DNA from: an uncultured virus (IMG/VR IMGVR_UViG_3300006737_000028)
Taxonomy: Duplodnaviria; Heunggongvirae; Uroviricota; Caudoviricetes
Reading direction: 5' to 3' (one strand)
IMG/VR virus record: IMGVR_UViG_3300006737_000028
DNA length: 64,000 nucleotides
Below, piece after piece: positions 28,286 to 36,567 of this stretch (its first letter is position 1; each line of letters starts with the position of its first letter). Position numbers and translations under genes: made by a program. The notes under the pieces were generated by a model. That model saw only the letters and a program-made list of their open reading frames with translations, was not told the origin of the DNA and searched no databases.

Positions 28286-28489
28286 ATGGAAAGCAGAGTA
28301 GAAAACAAGGGTCGCAAAACAAAGCGTGAAGCGGCACACTACTGGCCTACTAAGGTCCGTTACAAGGGAGAGTCCCATTGGATTCTCCTCACCGATACCG
28401 AAGTCGTTCGTGCAGCGAAACGTGCGAAGGCGAATCCAGAGGATCGCCCGGGACTTTGGGGACGCATCCGATTGGTGTTTGGATTCTAA
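28286..28489 (+). CDS. 67-aa basic protein encoded in the tmRNA intervening segment
   Basis: GAAAGGAA RBS and ATG..TAA filling the gap between the two tmRNA pieces. Confidence 0.7.
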   Translation: MESRVENKGRKTKREAAHYWPTKVRYKGESHWILLTDTEVVRAAKRAKANPEDRPGLWGRIRLVFGF

Positions 28490-28492
28490 CAG

Positions 28493-28686
28493 GGGGTCGA
28501 ATGGTTTCGATGGGTCAGTTTGAAAAACTGGAGATGACCGGGAAGGCAACCTACTCGAATCAATGGTTGCAAAACTCAAACGCCAATGAAATGCGTATCG
28601 CTGCTTGACGCAGCACGGGCGACCTCAGCCTAGGGGAACAAAGAGGTACTCCTCACCTTGGACGAAAGTTCAAGATGAGGGTTTCA
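28493..28686 (+). ncRNA. ssrA: Permuted tmRNA, coding piece; tag ANEMRIAA*
   Basis: 5' GGGGTCGAATGGTTTCGA; pk1 with GCAACC/GGTTGC; resume codon GCC at 28582, stop TGA at 28606-28608; 3' end approximate. Confidence 0.88.
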
Positions 28687-28704
28687 AAACTGAATAGATG
28701 AAAC

Positions 28705-28910
28705 ATGTGTTGGGACTAATTACCCCGGCACAGGACGGTGACTGAATATTGTTCGTCATGTGATAAAAGGTACTGTCTTCCCTGTAGTGGGGTGCCAATG
28801 CTCAAATGAGTGAGGTAGCGTATAACTAACGCAAGGTAGGTGCGAGTAGGATCAAATTCACTAGCGTGAATCCGAAAGTTGGTGGTAAATTGTGAGTCCA
28901 CCCCGTCCAC
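28705..28910 (+). ncRNA. Candidate multi-stem structured RNA
   Basis: Closing helix GGACGG/CCGTCC enclosing several hairpins; no credible ORF. Confidence 0.5.
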
Positions 28911-28922
28911 GATCTTCAAAGA

Positions 28923-28963
28923 AGGGCCCTGAGTTTGAGATTTTCTCCTCGGGGCCCTCTTTT
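28923..28963 (+). terminator. Intrinsic terminator
   Basis: AGGGCCCTGAG/CTCGGGGCCCT stem followed by CTTTT. Confidence 0.7.
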
Positions 28964-29055
28964 CAATTATACATAAGGGTGTACTAGGGCGAACGAACTT
29001 CGTTCATGTGCAGGGACGGACCACGGGAATTTCGCTACCTTAGAACCGTCAACAA

Positions 29056-29084
29056 GAGGCGCCCTCACTTGGTGGGGGCGCTTC
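29056..29084 (+). terminator. GC-rich hairpin (terminator-like)
   Basis: GAGGCGCCCTCAC-TTG-GTGGGGGCGCTTC; weak U-tract. Confidence 0.5.
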
Positions 29085-29112
29085 ATTATAGATACTGATA
29101 GAGGAGAAACCT

Positions 29113-30198
29113 ATGAGCATAAAAAGGTTCCAGACCCACATCAGTGATAATCAAATTCTAAATGAAGGCGCGAGAAGTCGCGGTGAAGAGATGGAAGAGT
29201 TTATTGTTGCCGCTCTAAATGGTGATGATGAACCTATCTCCAAATTCGGCATTGAGACTGGGGCAGGCGAGAGAGTCGTTGAGCAAATGCCTTTCAAACC
29301 AAACAGTGGACAAGCCACCGTTCTCGGTGCTGAAACTATTGAGGTTACACAGAAGTGGGCTAGTTTCTGGGATCCAGACAACGTACCGGGATCCACCAAG
29401 ACCCCCAAGACAGACCTCATAGCGAAGTCAGACAAGATCTCCCTGAAGACCGGAGCGGACGCTCAGTTGATGTCAGGAGGACGTAACGAGAGCGTGGCGA
29501 CCTTCTACGCTGCTGTAGATCTAAGTGGTACGAAACTGGATGCTTTCGGGAAGAAGATCGCGGAAGCAATCGGAGATCTCGCACCTTCGAGTATCGCTGC
29601 TGGACCGACTAGACAAGAGATCAAGAAAGGCACTGATGCCCTCCTTGTTGCTGCCGATCAGGCCCACAAAGTCTTGACAAAAGAACTAACCAAGATGTTT
29701 GAGGGTAATCCAGAGTTCGCATACTTCTTCATTCGTGAAGCAATGACGGGCGAGACTAAGTTTGGTGGCAATGACGGAACATGCACCCACTTCCTAACCT
29801 GCGACTTCGATGGAGAGAACGTCCACTACATTCCTGTCACAGACGAGGCATACGTCAGGAAGATTGCAAACAGAGCGAAGGTTTCTGTTCGCATGAAGTC
29901 AGTCAGTGAAAAGAAAAAGGTTGGTGGTAAGAAGACTAAGACTGGACGGTATCGCTACTGGTCCGCAGTTGGCATCCTTGCAGACAAACTCACAGAAGAG
30001 GCAGAGACACTTGAACGTGATGGTGTGTTACTTACGGAAAATGTGGTCAAGAGACTACTCAGTAAGTTCATGAACTTCTTGAAGAAGTTGGTTTCGAAAA
30101 TCGTCGAACACATCAAGAAGGGTGCGAAGTACGCACTTGAATTCATGGGACTCCAACCAGAAGTTGAGTTCGTCAACAACATCGATTTCAGACCATAA
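29113..30198 (+). CDS. Hypothetical protein with PD-(D/E)XK-like motif, probably head-packaged
   Basis: TPKTDLI...ISLK; N-terminus KRFQTHI...LNE; TATAGATA upstream. Confidence 0.6.
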   Translation: MSIKRFQTHISDNQILNEGARSRGEEMEEFIVAALNGDDEPISKFGIETGAGERVVEQMPFKPNSGQATVLGAETIEVTQKWASFWDPDNVPGSTKTPKTDLIAKSDKISLKTGADAQLMSGGRNESVATFYAAVDLSGTKLDAFGKKIAEAIGDLAPSSIAAGPTRQEIKKGTDALLVAADQAHKVLTKELTKMFEGNPEFAYFFIREAMTGETKFGGNDGTCTHFLTCDFDGENVHYIPVTDEAYVRKIANRAKVSVRMKSVSEKKKVGGKKTKTGRYRYWSAVGILADKLTEEAETLERDGVLLTENVVKRLLSKFMNFLKKLVSKIVEHIKKGAKYALEFMGLQPEVEFVNNIDFRP

Positions 30199-30208
30199 GG
30201 AGATACGG

Positions 30209-30523
30209 ATGTTTCAATTCAATGAATATCTAGAGAAGATAGAACTCTATGAAAAGGTCATGGATGAGATCCAACGTATCGTCCACGATAAAGGCAAGAT
30301 GACTCTTTACGGATACAAGACCGCTGGTGCTGCTATGAAAGCCGAGCGGAAGGACGAGAAACCTCTGGTGATCGTTAGTAAAATGAAGATGGGTGAAAAG
30401 ATCATCGCAAATAAGAGTGGTAAGAAACTTACTATCCAACCACTTGCAAACAAAGATATGGTAAACGTCTACGACGATAGAGGAAGAATCATTCTCTACA
30501 ACGTCTACGACTACGAGTATTGA
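30209..30523 (+). CDS. Hypothetical protein
   Basis: AAGGAG RBS; N-terminus MFQFNEYLE. Confidence 0.65.
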   Translation: MFQFNEYLEKIELYEKVMDEIQRIVHDKGKMTLYGYKTAGAAMKAERKDEKPLVIVSKMKMGEKIIANKSGKKLTIQPLANKDMVNVYDDRGRIILYNVYDYEY

Positions 30524-30537
30524 TAAGGATTTTGTGA

Positions 30538-31212
30538 ATGCGAAACTTTATGAGACATGTAGAACTCACAGAAGAAACCGCACTTGTTGATATGGTGTAT
30601 GGTGAGGTATCGGTATCTGACTCTGCAAAGATGCACAGACCAATCTCAAACTTCCCTGTATTTTCGGAGATCATCTCGGTAATTGATCCTCCTCCGGCAA
30701 ATGACAGTGATGAAACATATGGAGAGATCATGGAGATGCTTGACATCATCGAACTGTCAAGTGAATCTGAAAAGAATGATTTCAGTTTCTTTGACAACAA
30801 AGTAATCGGACACTACTTCGATTACTGTCGTCAAAACAATCTGAGTTACTCTAAAGATTTAGTCTCATCACTGTATAGGCAAGTAACCACTCTTTGTCTG
30901 AATTTCAAATACAAGTTCAACCGACCGAGACCAGTTCAAGTAGCAAGATCTGTTGGACTACCGTTGAAAGCAGTATACAGTCGAACCGCTGACAGTCCAG
31001 CATATCCGAGTGGTCATGCCTGTCAGAGTAGATTCTTATCTCTTTTCTTCGCAACCCTCCACCCACAACACAGATCTAAGTTCATTGACCTTGGTGATAG
31101 ATGTGCTAAGTCCAGAATAACTGGCGGTATTCACTATCCAAGTGATTCGGCCGCAGGGAAAAAACTTGCGGAGGTTTTATTCTCAAGGCTAGATATTAGC
31201 GACCAACTCTAA
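30538..31212 (+). CDS. PAP2-superfamily phosphatase
   Basis: KYKFNRPRP, PAYPSGHA, SRITGGIHYPSD. Confidence 0.9.
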   Translation: MRNFMRHVELTEETALVDMVYGEVSVSDSAKMHRPISNFPVFSEIISVIDPPPANDSDETYGEIMEMLDIIELSSESEKNDFSFFDNKVIGHYFDYCRQNNLSYSKDLVSSLYRQVTTLCLNFKYKFNRPRPVQVARSVGLPLKAVYSRTADSPAYPSGHACQSRFLSLFFATLHPQHRSKFIDLGDRCAKSRITGGIHYPSDSAAGKKLAEVLFSRLDISDQL

Positions 31213-31223
31213 GGAAACCCAAC

Positions 31224-31544
31224 ATGCCCAGAAGTAACAGACCCAACGCAACCGACATCCGATCTATTCAGATCGACAACCCAAAGACCGTAGGCAACAG
31301 TGCGGGGACTAACGCATTCGTCCAAGAACTCGCCGCAGTAACTCTTGAAAGTGGACTTCGCGTCAAAAACGATGATGGGTCTAGTGCTTTGCTGATTGGT
31401 ATCACAGGCGCTGCTGTTGCTATCGGAGCAGACACCACTGCTTACAAGTTGAACGCAGGGGAAGAAATCTTTCTAGAAGTTCGTAATACCGACTTGGTAT
31501 TCATCAAAGGTAACTCCGTAGCATTCAGTTTCATGGGTAATTGA
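31224..31544 (+). CDS. Small beta-rich putative virion protein (paralog 1)
   Basis: LESGLRVKN...YKLNAGEEIFLEVRNTDLV. Confidence 0.7.
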   Translation: MPRSNRPNATDIRSIQIDNPKTVGNSAGTNAFVQELAAVTLESGLRVKNDDGSSALLIGITGAAVAIGADTTAYKLNAGEEIFLEVRNTDLVFIKGNSVAFSFMGN

Positions 31545-31900
31545 TGTCAAGTAGTAACAGGAAAAACTCGGTTGACATTCGCGGGTATGAAGCACACCAC
31601 CCCAAGTCTGTTGGTAACAGAGATTCGGGGACAACCATGTCCGCCTTATCTGCGACCTCTCTCACTCTTGATAGTGGAGTTTTAGTACACAACGCTGCTG
31701 GTCAAGCGATCCTTGTTACTCATACCAGCACGAGTGGTCTAGCAGATGGTGACAGTCAATTCACCAGCAACAATTTCAATAAGTGTTTCAAACTGAAAGA
31801 CGGAGAGCAAGTTTTCATGGAGTGCGATAACCTGCAAGATGTTCTCGTCGGACAAACTACAGTCATTGGTTCCGGTTCAATTTCATTCGAGGCACACTGA
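31541..31900 (+). CDS. Small beta-rich putative virion protein (paralog 2)
   Basis: LDSGVLVHN...FKLKDGEQVFMECDNLQDV. Confidence 0.7.
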   Translation: MMSSSNRKNSVDIRGYEAHHPKSVGNRDSGTTMSALSATSLTLDSGVLVHNAAGQAILVTHTSTSGLADGDSQFTSNNFNKCFKLKDGEQVFMECDNLQDVLVGQTTVIGSGSISFEAH

Positions 31901-31909
31901 GGAATAATC

Positions 31910-32545
31910 ATGGCAGATTTTGGAAAAGTTGGCGGTGGTAAAGGTGGTAAGGGTTCCCGAGGGAGTCGCACGCGGAACTTCAAGAGTCCTATCGCAAAAA
32001 TTTCAGGTCGCAAGAAGTCCGGCCAGCCCGATTACGAATGTAAATTCGAAGTGGATATTTTTCATGTCTCGGGTGGTCGTGGTGGTGGAGTCACATATGG
32101 AGATGCACTGCTAGGCACTTTCACTGATGGCAGAAGGAACAGGGGTCTTCTCCGGGCGGCCACCGGAGCGACCGCAGTCATGGATGTTCCTCAAACGAAT
32201 CCCTTCCAATCCGGCAACACCGCCACTTATGTGTTTAGATTAGATGCTGGTGAATTGTTTGGTAACTCGGGTGGGGCGTTGGGTAACGCATATCCTGATG
32301 CCAGATTTGAGATTAGCGTGGATGGGCCATCTGGAGATGGTTTTCACTGGGAGGGGTATGAGAGTAACAACTCCAGTTGGGGAAATACCAACCAAGCCTT
32401 TATCAACTTGGATTTGCGAGGCCCAACCGCCGCCGGGATCTCTTGGAATGACCAAATGAGAACTGATGGAGTGACTTGCCACTTGAAAGTGTGGTTCAAT
32501 GGTGACGATAATCCATTCAACATAACACCAAGGATTACCCCATGA
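31910..32545 (+). CDS. Hypothetical protein with basic Gly-rich N-terminus
   Basis: GAGGA RBS, co-oriented. Confidence 0.65.
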   Translation: MADFGKVGGGKGGKGSRGSRTRNFKSPIAKISGRKKSGQPDYECKFEVDIFHVSGGRGGGVTYGDALLGTFTDGRRNRGLLRAATGATAVMDVPQTNPFQSGNTATYVFRLDAGELFGNSGGALGNAYPDARFEISVDGPSGDGFHWEGYESNNSSWGNTNQAFINLDLRGPTAAGISWNDQMRTDGVTCHLKVWFNGDDNPFNITPRITP

Positions 32546-33753
32546 GAATCAAAAAGTTTACAAACTATATCACAGAGGCAAAGAACCTTCACATGGAACA
32601 CCTCGAAGACTCACTCTTCAATGAGGGTGGTGCTGGTGTTGCCGAAGCGATCCGATTTCTAGAGAGTGTCGCTGACATGCTAAGTGGTAACGCAGGAAGT
32701 GAATTTGGTGTGACTGTCAAGTGGGATGGTGCGCCCGCGATCTTTGCCGGTGTTCACCCAGACACAGGAAAGTTCTTTGTGTCCTCGAAGTCTTTGTTCA
32801 ACAAGAATGCAAAAGTAAACTACACTGCTGCTGATGTTGACGCCAACCATCAAGGTGGACTCGCAGATAAACTAAAAGCGGCACTAACCTATCTGCCCAA
32901 GATTGGAATCAAGGGAATCCTTCAGGGCGATCTCATGTACACAGATGATGTCTCAACCAAGAAGATCGATGGTGAGTCACACTACACATTCCAACCAAAC
33001 ACGATCATGTACGCTGTCCCGGTTGATTCTGATCTAGGCAACAAGATCAAGGCATCAAAGATGGGTGTCGTATGGCACACCAAGTACACTGGTGACTCAA
33101 TCGAAAGTCTCTCTGCTTCCTTCGATCCTGATGTATCGAAGTTGAAAGCGAACAAGGATGTTTGGTTTACTGACGCGAACTTCCGCGATGAGTCGGGTGC
33201 TGCAACCATGACGAATACAGAAACTACTGATATGAATAGACACATCAAGGCTGCGAAGTCTCTGCTTACCAAAAAGGTTGGTAAGGTTGCGGATGATATC
33301 GTTGCAAACTCTAGACTACAACTAGAGATCAAAACGTACATCAATGCCAATGTACGGAACGGAACCCTGCAAGGTTCTGCCTCAGGATTTATATCATACA
33401 TCGACACCAAACTACAGAAGGATGTTGATAAAGTAAAATCCAGTGCTGCAAAGGAGAGGAAGGAAGTAGTAAGAAAAACACTTATCGAGATGTTGTCTCG
33501 AAACACTAAAGAGATTGACTCTCTCTTCCGACTCCATGCCGCACTTACTGCTGCGAAGTTGATCATCATTCGTAAATTAGAATCCGTAAAGAGTATCGGT
33601 ACTTTCGTGAGAACCGATGATGGATTCAAAGTTACTGCACCCGAGGGGTTTGTTGCAGTAGACCACACCAAGAATCAGGCACTAAAACTTGTAGATCGTC
33701 TTGAGTTTTCCAGACAGAACTTCAATGCCGCGAAAAACTGGGTTTCTGGGTAA
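32542..33753 (+). CDS. DUF6267-type protein with ATP-dependent ligase/nucleotidyltransferase motifs
   Basis: HMEHLED, VKWDG (motif I), QGDLM, EGFV, KLVDR. Confidence 0.75.
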   Translation: MRIKKFTNYITEAKNLHMEHLEDSLFNEGGAGVAEAIRFLESVADMLSGNAGSEFGVTVKWDGAPAIFAGVHPDTGKFFVSSKSLFNKNAKVNYTAADVDANHQGGLADKLKAALTYLPKIGIKGILQGDLMYTDDVSTKKIDGESHYTFQPNTIMYAVPVDSDLGNKIKASKMGVVWHTKYTGDSIESLSASFDPDVSKLKANKDVWFTDANFRDESGAATMTNTETTDMNRHIKAAKSLLTKKVGKVADDIVANSRLQLEIKTYINANVRNGTLQGSASGFISYIDTKLQKDVDKVKSSAAKERKEVVRKTLIEMLSRNTKEIDSLFRLHAALTAAKLIIIRKLESVKSIGTFVRTDDGFKVTAPEGFVAVDHTKNQALKLVDRLEFSRQNFNAAKNWVSG

Positions 33754-33781
33754 ACTACATAAAAAGTCAAGGAGACTAACC

Positions 33782-33991
33782 ATGTCCGTTCAAAGAGGCC
33801 CCCGAGGCAGAATCATCGTCAGACCAGACAAAGGAGACCAAGATGAGAAGATCAGAAGTGAGGAAGTTCGACAACTCGAAACTACCAAAGAGCGTGTTGT
33901 CGAGACCCCGAAAAGCAAAAAGAAGACTACTCGACGAAGTAGTGGAACCAAAGCCAGTCGCAAAGGCCCCAAAGGCCCCAGCAAAGGCTAA
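33782..33991 (+). CDS. Small basic hypothetical protein
   Basis: AAGGAG RBS after CTACATA. Confidence 0.55.
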   Translation: MSVQRGPRGRIIVRPDKGDQDEKIRSEEVRQLETTKERVVETPKSKKKTTRRSSGTKASRKGPKGPSKG

Positions 33992-34022
33992 GAAGATTTC
34001 GACAAAGAAAAAAGGATAACCT

Positions 34023-34148
34023 ATGGAATTTCTAACAACTACCTACGGTCTAATTGCACACACAGTTATTGTATTCGTAGCAGGCGCACTTGTCGGTCAA
34101 CCTCTTTGGGGTTGGGTTCGTAAGTTCTTCCCTTGGAACAAGGGCTGA
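34023..34148 (+). CDS. 41-aa single-TM protein
   Basis: MEFLTTTYGLIAHTVIVFVAGALVGQPLWGWVRKFFPWNKG; AAGGA RBS. Confidence 0.6.
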   Translation: MEFLTTTYGLIAHTVIVFVAGALVGQPLWGWVRKFFPWNKG

Positions 34149-34151
34149 TAA

Positions 34152-34817
34152 TTGTCAAAGACCTTCAAACAACTTGTCGCAGAAGCAAAGGCACAACATG
34201 CCGTTCTTACGTTTGGTCGCTTCCAGCCTCCAACCGTAGGTCATGAGAAGTTGGTTGGAGTTCTTGCAGACACGGCAAAAAGAAAGGGAGGGACTCCTTT
34301 CCTTTTCCCGAGTCGTACGAATGACAAGAAGAAAAATCCACTTACACCAAAAGCAAAGGTCAAGTTCCTCAAGAGCGTATTCCCACAAGTCACAGTTGTT
34401 GACGATGCGGGATCGAGAACAATCTTCGAAGCACTTGACTACTTGGTAAAAAAGGGATTCAAGACAGCAACCATCGTTGTAGGTGGTGATCGGATCGGTG
34501 AGTTTGAAAAGACTGTTGTTCCTTACACTGACAAGATTGGTATGGATAATATCGACTTTGTTGGTGCGGGTGCAAGAGATCCAGATGCTACCGGAGTCGA
34601 GGGAATGTCTGCATCTAAATTGAGGGCCGCTGCCCTTGATGGTGACTTTGATACTTTCCGTTCGGGGATGCCCAAGAGAGCATCCTCTAAGGATTCGAAA
34701 ATGCTTTATGACGAGATTAGAAAAGTCATGGGCGCGAATGAAGAATATGATGAAGACTCTCTGTACGGAACAGATGGTCTTCGAAAAAAGTATCAGCGGG
34801 ACACGCCCGGTCAGTGA
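34152..34817 (+). CDS. Cytidylyltransferase-like (HIGH-motif) nucleotidyltransferase
   Basis: TFGRFQPPTVGHEKL, KNPL, VVGGDR, GMSASKLR. Confidence 0.85.
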   Translation: MSKTFKQLVAEAKAQHAVLTFGRFQPPTVGHEKLVGVLADTAKRKGGTPFLFPSRTNDKKKNPLTPKAKVKFLKSVFPQVTVVDDAGSRTIFEALDYLVKKGFKTATIVVGGDRIGEFEKTVVPYTDKIGMDNIDFVGAGARDPDATGVEGMSASKLRAAALDGDFDTFRSGMPKRASSKDSKMLYDEIRKVMGANEEYDEDSLYGTDGLRKKYQRDTPGQ

Positions 34818-34842
34818 TACATAATAGAAATGGAGTAATACT

Positions 34843-35148
34843 ATGAGTGGATTTCAATCAAACGATTTGGACAAGATCAAGAACGTAGCAAACACTGTTC
34901 AGCAAATCATGCAAGGTAGCATGGAGCAGAAACGAGAACTGCCTTCTACATTCACGGATCGAGTCCCACAGGCTCACGCAGATATTCAAGATGTGCGTAC
35001 ACTTGAAGATCGTAACAGAATTTTGAGTGATCATGTCAGAGCAGCATCATCTGGCATGGACGAGATTATTCCAACAGATTTTGCAATCGAATTCGAGAAC
35101 CAAGTTCTCAACTACACGCCAGAACCACAGGAAGGCCAAGAAGGATGA
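34843..35148 (+). CDS. Hypothetical protein
   Basis: ATACATA motif plus GGAG RBS. Confidence 0.6.
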   Translation: MSGFQSNDLDKIKNVANTVQQIMQGSMEQKRELPSTFTDRVPQAHADIQDVRTLEDRNRILSDHVRAASSGMDEIIPTDFAIEFENQVLNYTPEPQEGQEG

Positions 35149-35606
35149 AAAAGTACAAGGACTTCAAAAAGCAACTTGATGAGACTTACGCTTCTGCGGG
35201 TCAAGTCGGAGACTACACCGGACTCAATCTGTCTGGTGCAGACGATGGTAGCACCCTCGTCTATGATATCGAGGATCCAGAGGTTCTTCGTAAACTCAAT
35301 GTCGCAGTTCAAGGTGAAGTTGAAAACGAATCAAACTACCCACTAAAGAGTCTCGCTCGACTACGAGAGAAACTACAAGTGGCAGGTCTTTCGTTTGATA
35401 TGCCAGCAAAGATGAACCCAGGCGTTCTAGAACTCCCACTCAGCCAATACGGAAACGAGTTGGGTGCTGAGTATGGTGAGATGATGAGCGATGGTGACTC
35501 TCCTGCCACCAGAGAAACAAAGGCACATGTTCTTCGTGTCGAAGTTGTCGAGGGCGAAGACGGTCTTACAGATCTCTTTGTAAAGATCGCCGCCGTCGAA
35601 GACTGA
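35145..35606 (+). CDS. Hypothetical protein, probably head-associated
   Basis: N-terminus MKKYKDFKKQLDE; LPLSQYG. Confidence 0.65.
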   Translation: MKKYKDFKKQLDETYASAGQVGDYTGLNLSGADDGSTLVYDIEDPEVLRKLNVAVQGEVENESNYPLKSLARLREKLQVAGLSFDMPAKMNPGVLELPLSQYGNELGAEYGEMMSDGDSPATRETKAHVLRVEVVEGEDGLTDLFVKIAAVED

Positions 35607-35635
35607 GTAAATGTTTATTATGAGAGAAGTGATGA

Positions 35636-36016
35636 ATGAAATTCGAACATCTAGACGATCAGAACATAGCACTCTTCGCTGCTAAATTCTACGAAAATCC
35701 AGAAGTGTCCTCCATCGATGAATTTCATGAGGATCTCAATCGAACGAAATATGTGAAAAGACTGTTCCGTAAGTATAAGCAGTCTGGCATCTTGCGTGAG
35801 AGATTGATTCTCAACCACCTCATCATCATGTGTAATGTATTTGGAATTTGCCCTGCGAACAGAATCCTCTTCTACAGAATCGAGGAAGAGTTCCACAGTC
35901 TACTGAAAACATTCTTAGTTTCTCTAGACTCTCTGACTAACGATGAAATACCAGAGGCAGACCTAATCTCAATTCCCCTAGATACTACAGTGATCACTGT
36001 TCTAAGGAGAATTTGA
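35636..36016 (+). CDS. Conserved T4-like phage hypothetical protein
   Basis: FAAKFYENP...EDLNRTKYVKRLF...LRERLILNHLII..NVFG. Confidence 0.8.
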   Translation: MKFEHLDDQNIALFAAKFYENPEVSSIDEFHEDLNRTKYVKRLFRKYKQSGILRERLILNHLIIMCNVFGICPANRILFYRIEEEFHSLLKTFLVSLDSLTNDEIPEADLISIPLDTTVITVLRRI

Positions 36017-36567
36017 TGGGACTCATAGACGTATTCGTTGCATACCAACTGGTCAAATTCTTGACGCTGGACTACACAGAGTTCGATGCGTACAAGGAGG
36101 GTGTCATTGATGAGAAGGGTAATATCCTCGTCAAGAACAAAGCCAATAGAACACCCAAACAGAAAAAGTCCTTCACCAAACTTCACGTTGTTGCGTTCAA
36201 TCTCCGAAAGATTCTAGAGAAGGTTCCTGTCGTGAAGTCGAAGTTGGGTAGATTTGCCAGTGCCTTGTTTCTACTCAAAGAGGAATATGAGAAGTCTGAG
36301 GGTCGGGCCCTAGACATCGAAAGATTTCTATCAGACATTGACTACGAGGTTGAGTTGTCTGAATCGGAACAGGTTGATAAGTTGGACATGGGTTTTTATA
36401 TCGTCGATGACTATCCAGAAATCGGAGAAACCGCAGTTCGACTAGATACTGTCGTAGAATCGACTGATGAACTATTAGGCATCCCCTTGTTCACTGTTGA
36501 TGATGTAGAAGGCAACAAACTGCTGGTATCCGCAGATGACTTGAGAAAGGTATCCCATGAACTTTGA
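36013..36567 (+). CDS. Conserved T4-like phage hypothetical protein
   Basis: AYKEGVIDEKGN...FNLRKIL...ASALFLLKE. Confidence 0.75.
   Translation: MMGLIDVFVAYQLVKFLTLDYTEFDAYKEGVIDEKGNILVKNKANRTPKQKKSFTKLHVVAFNLRKILEKVPVVKSKLGRFASALFLLKEEYEKSEGRALDIERFLSDIDYEVELSESEQVDKLDMGFYIVDDYPEIGETAVRLDTVVESTDELLGIPLFTVDDVEGNKLLVSADDLRKVSHEL

Noticed and set aside
28378..28608. 76-aa ORF ending ...ANEMRIAA
   Set aside because: This is the tmRNA tag frame extended upstream by chance; it crosses the tmRNA 5' end and has no RBS.
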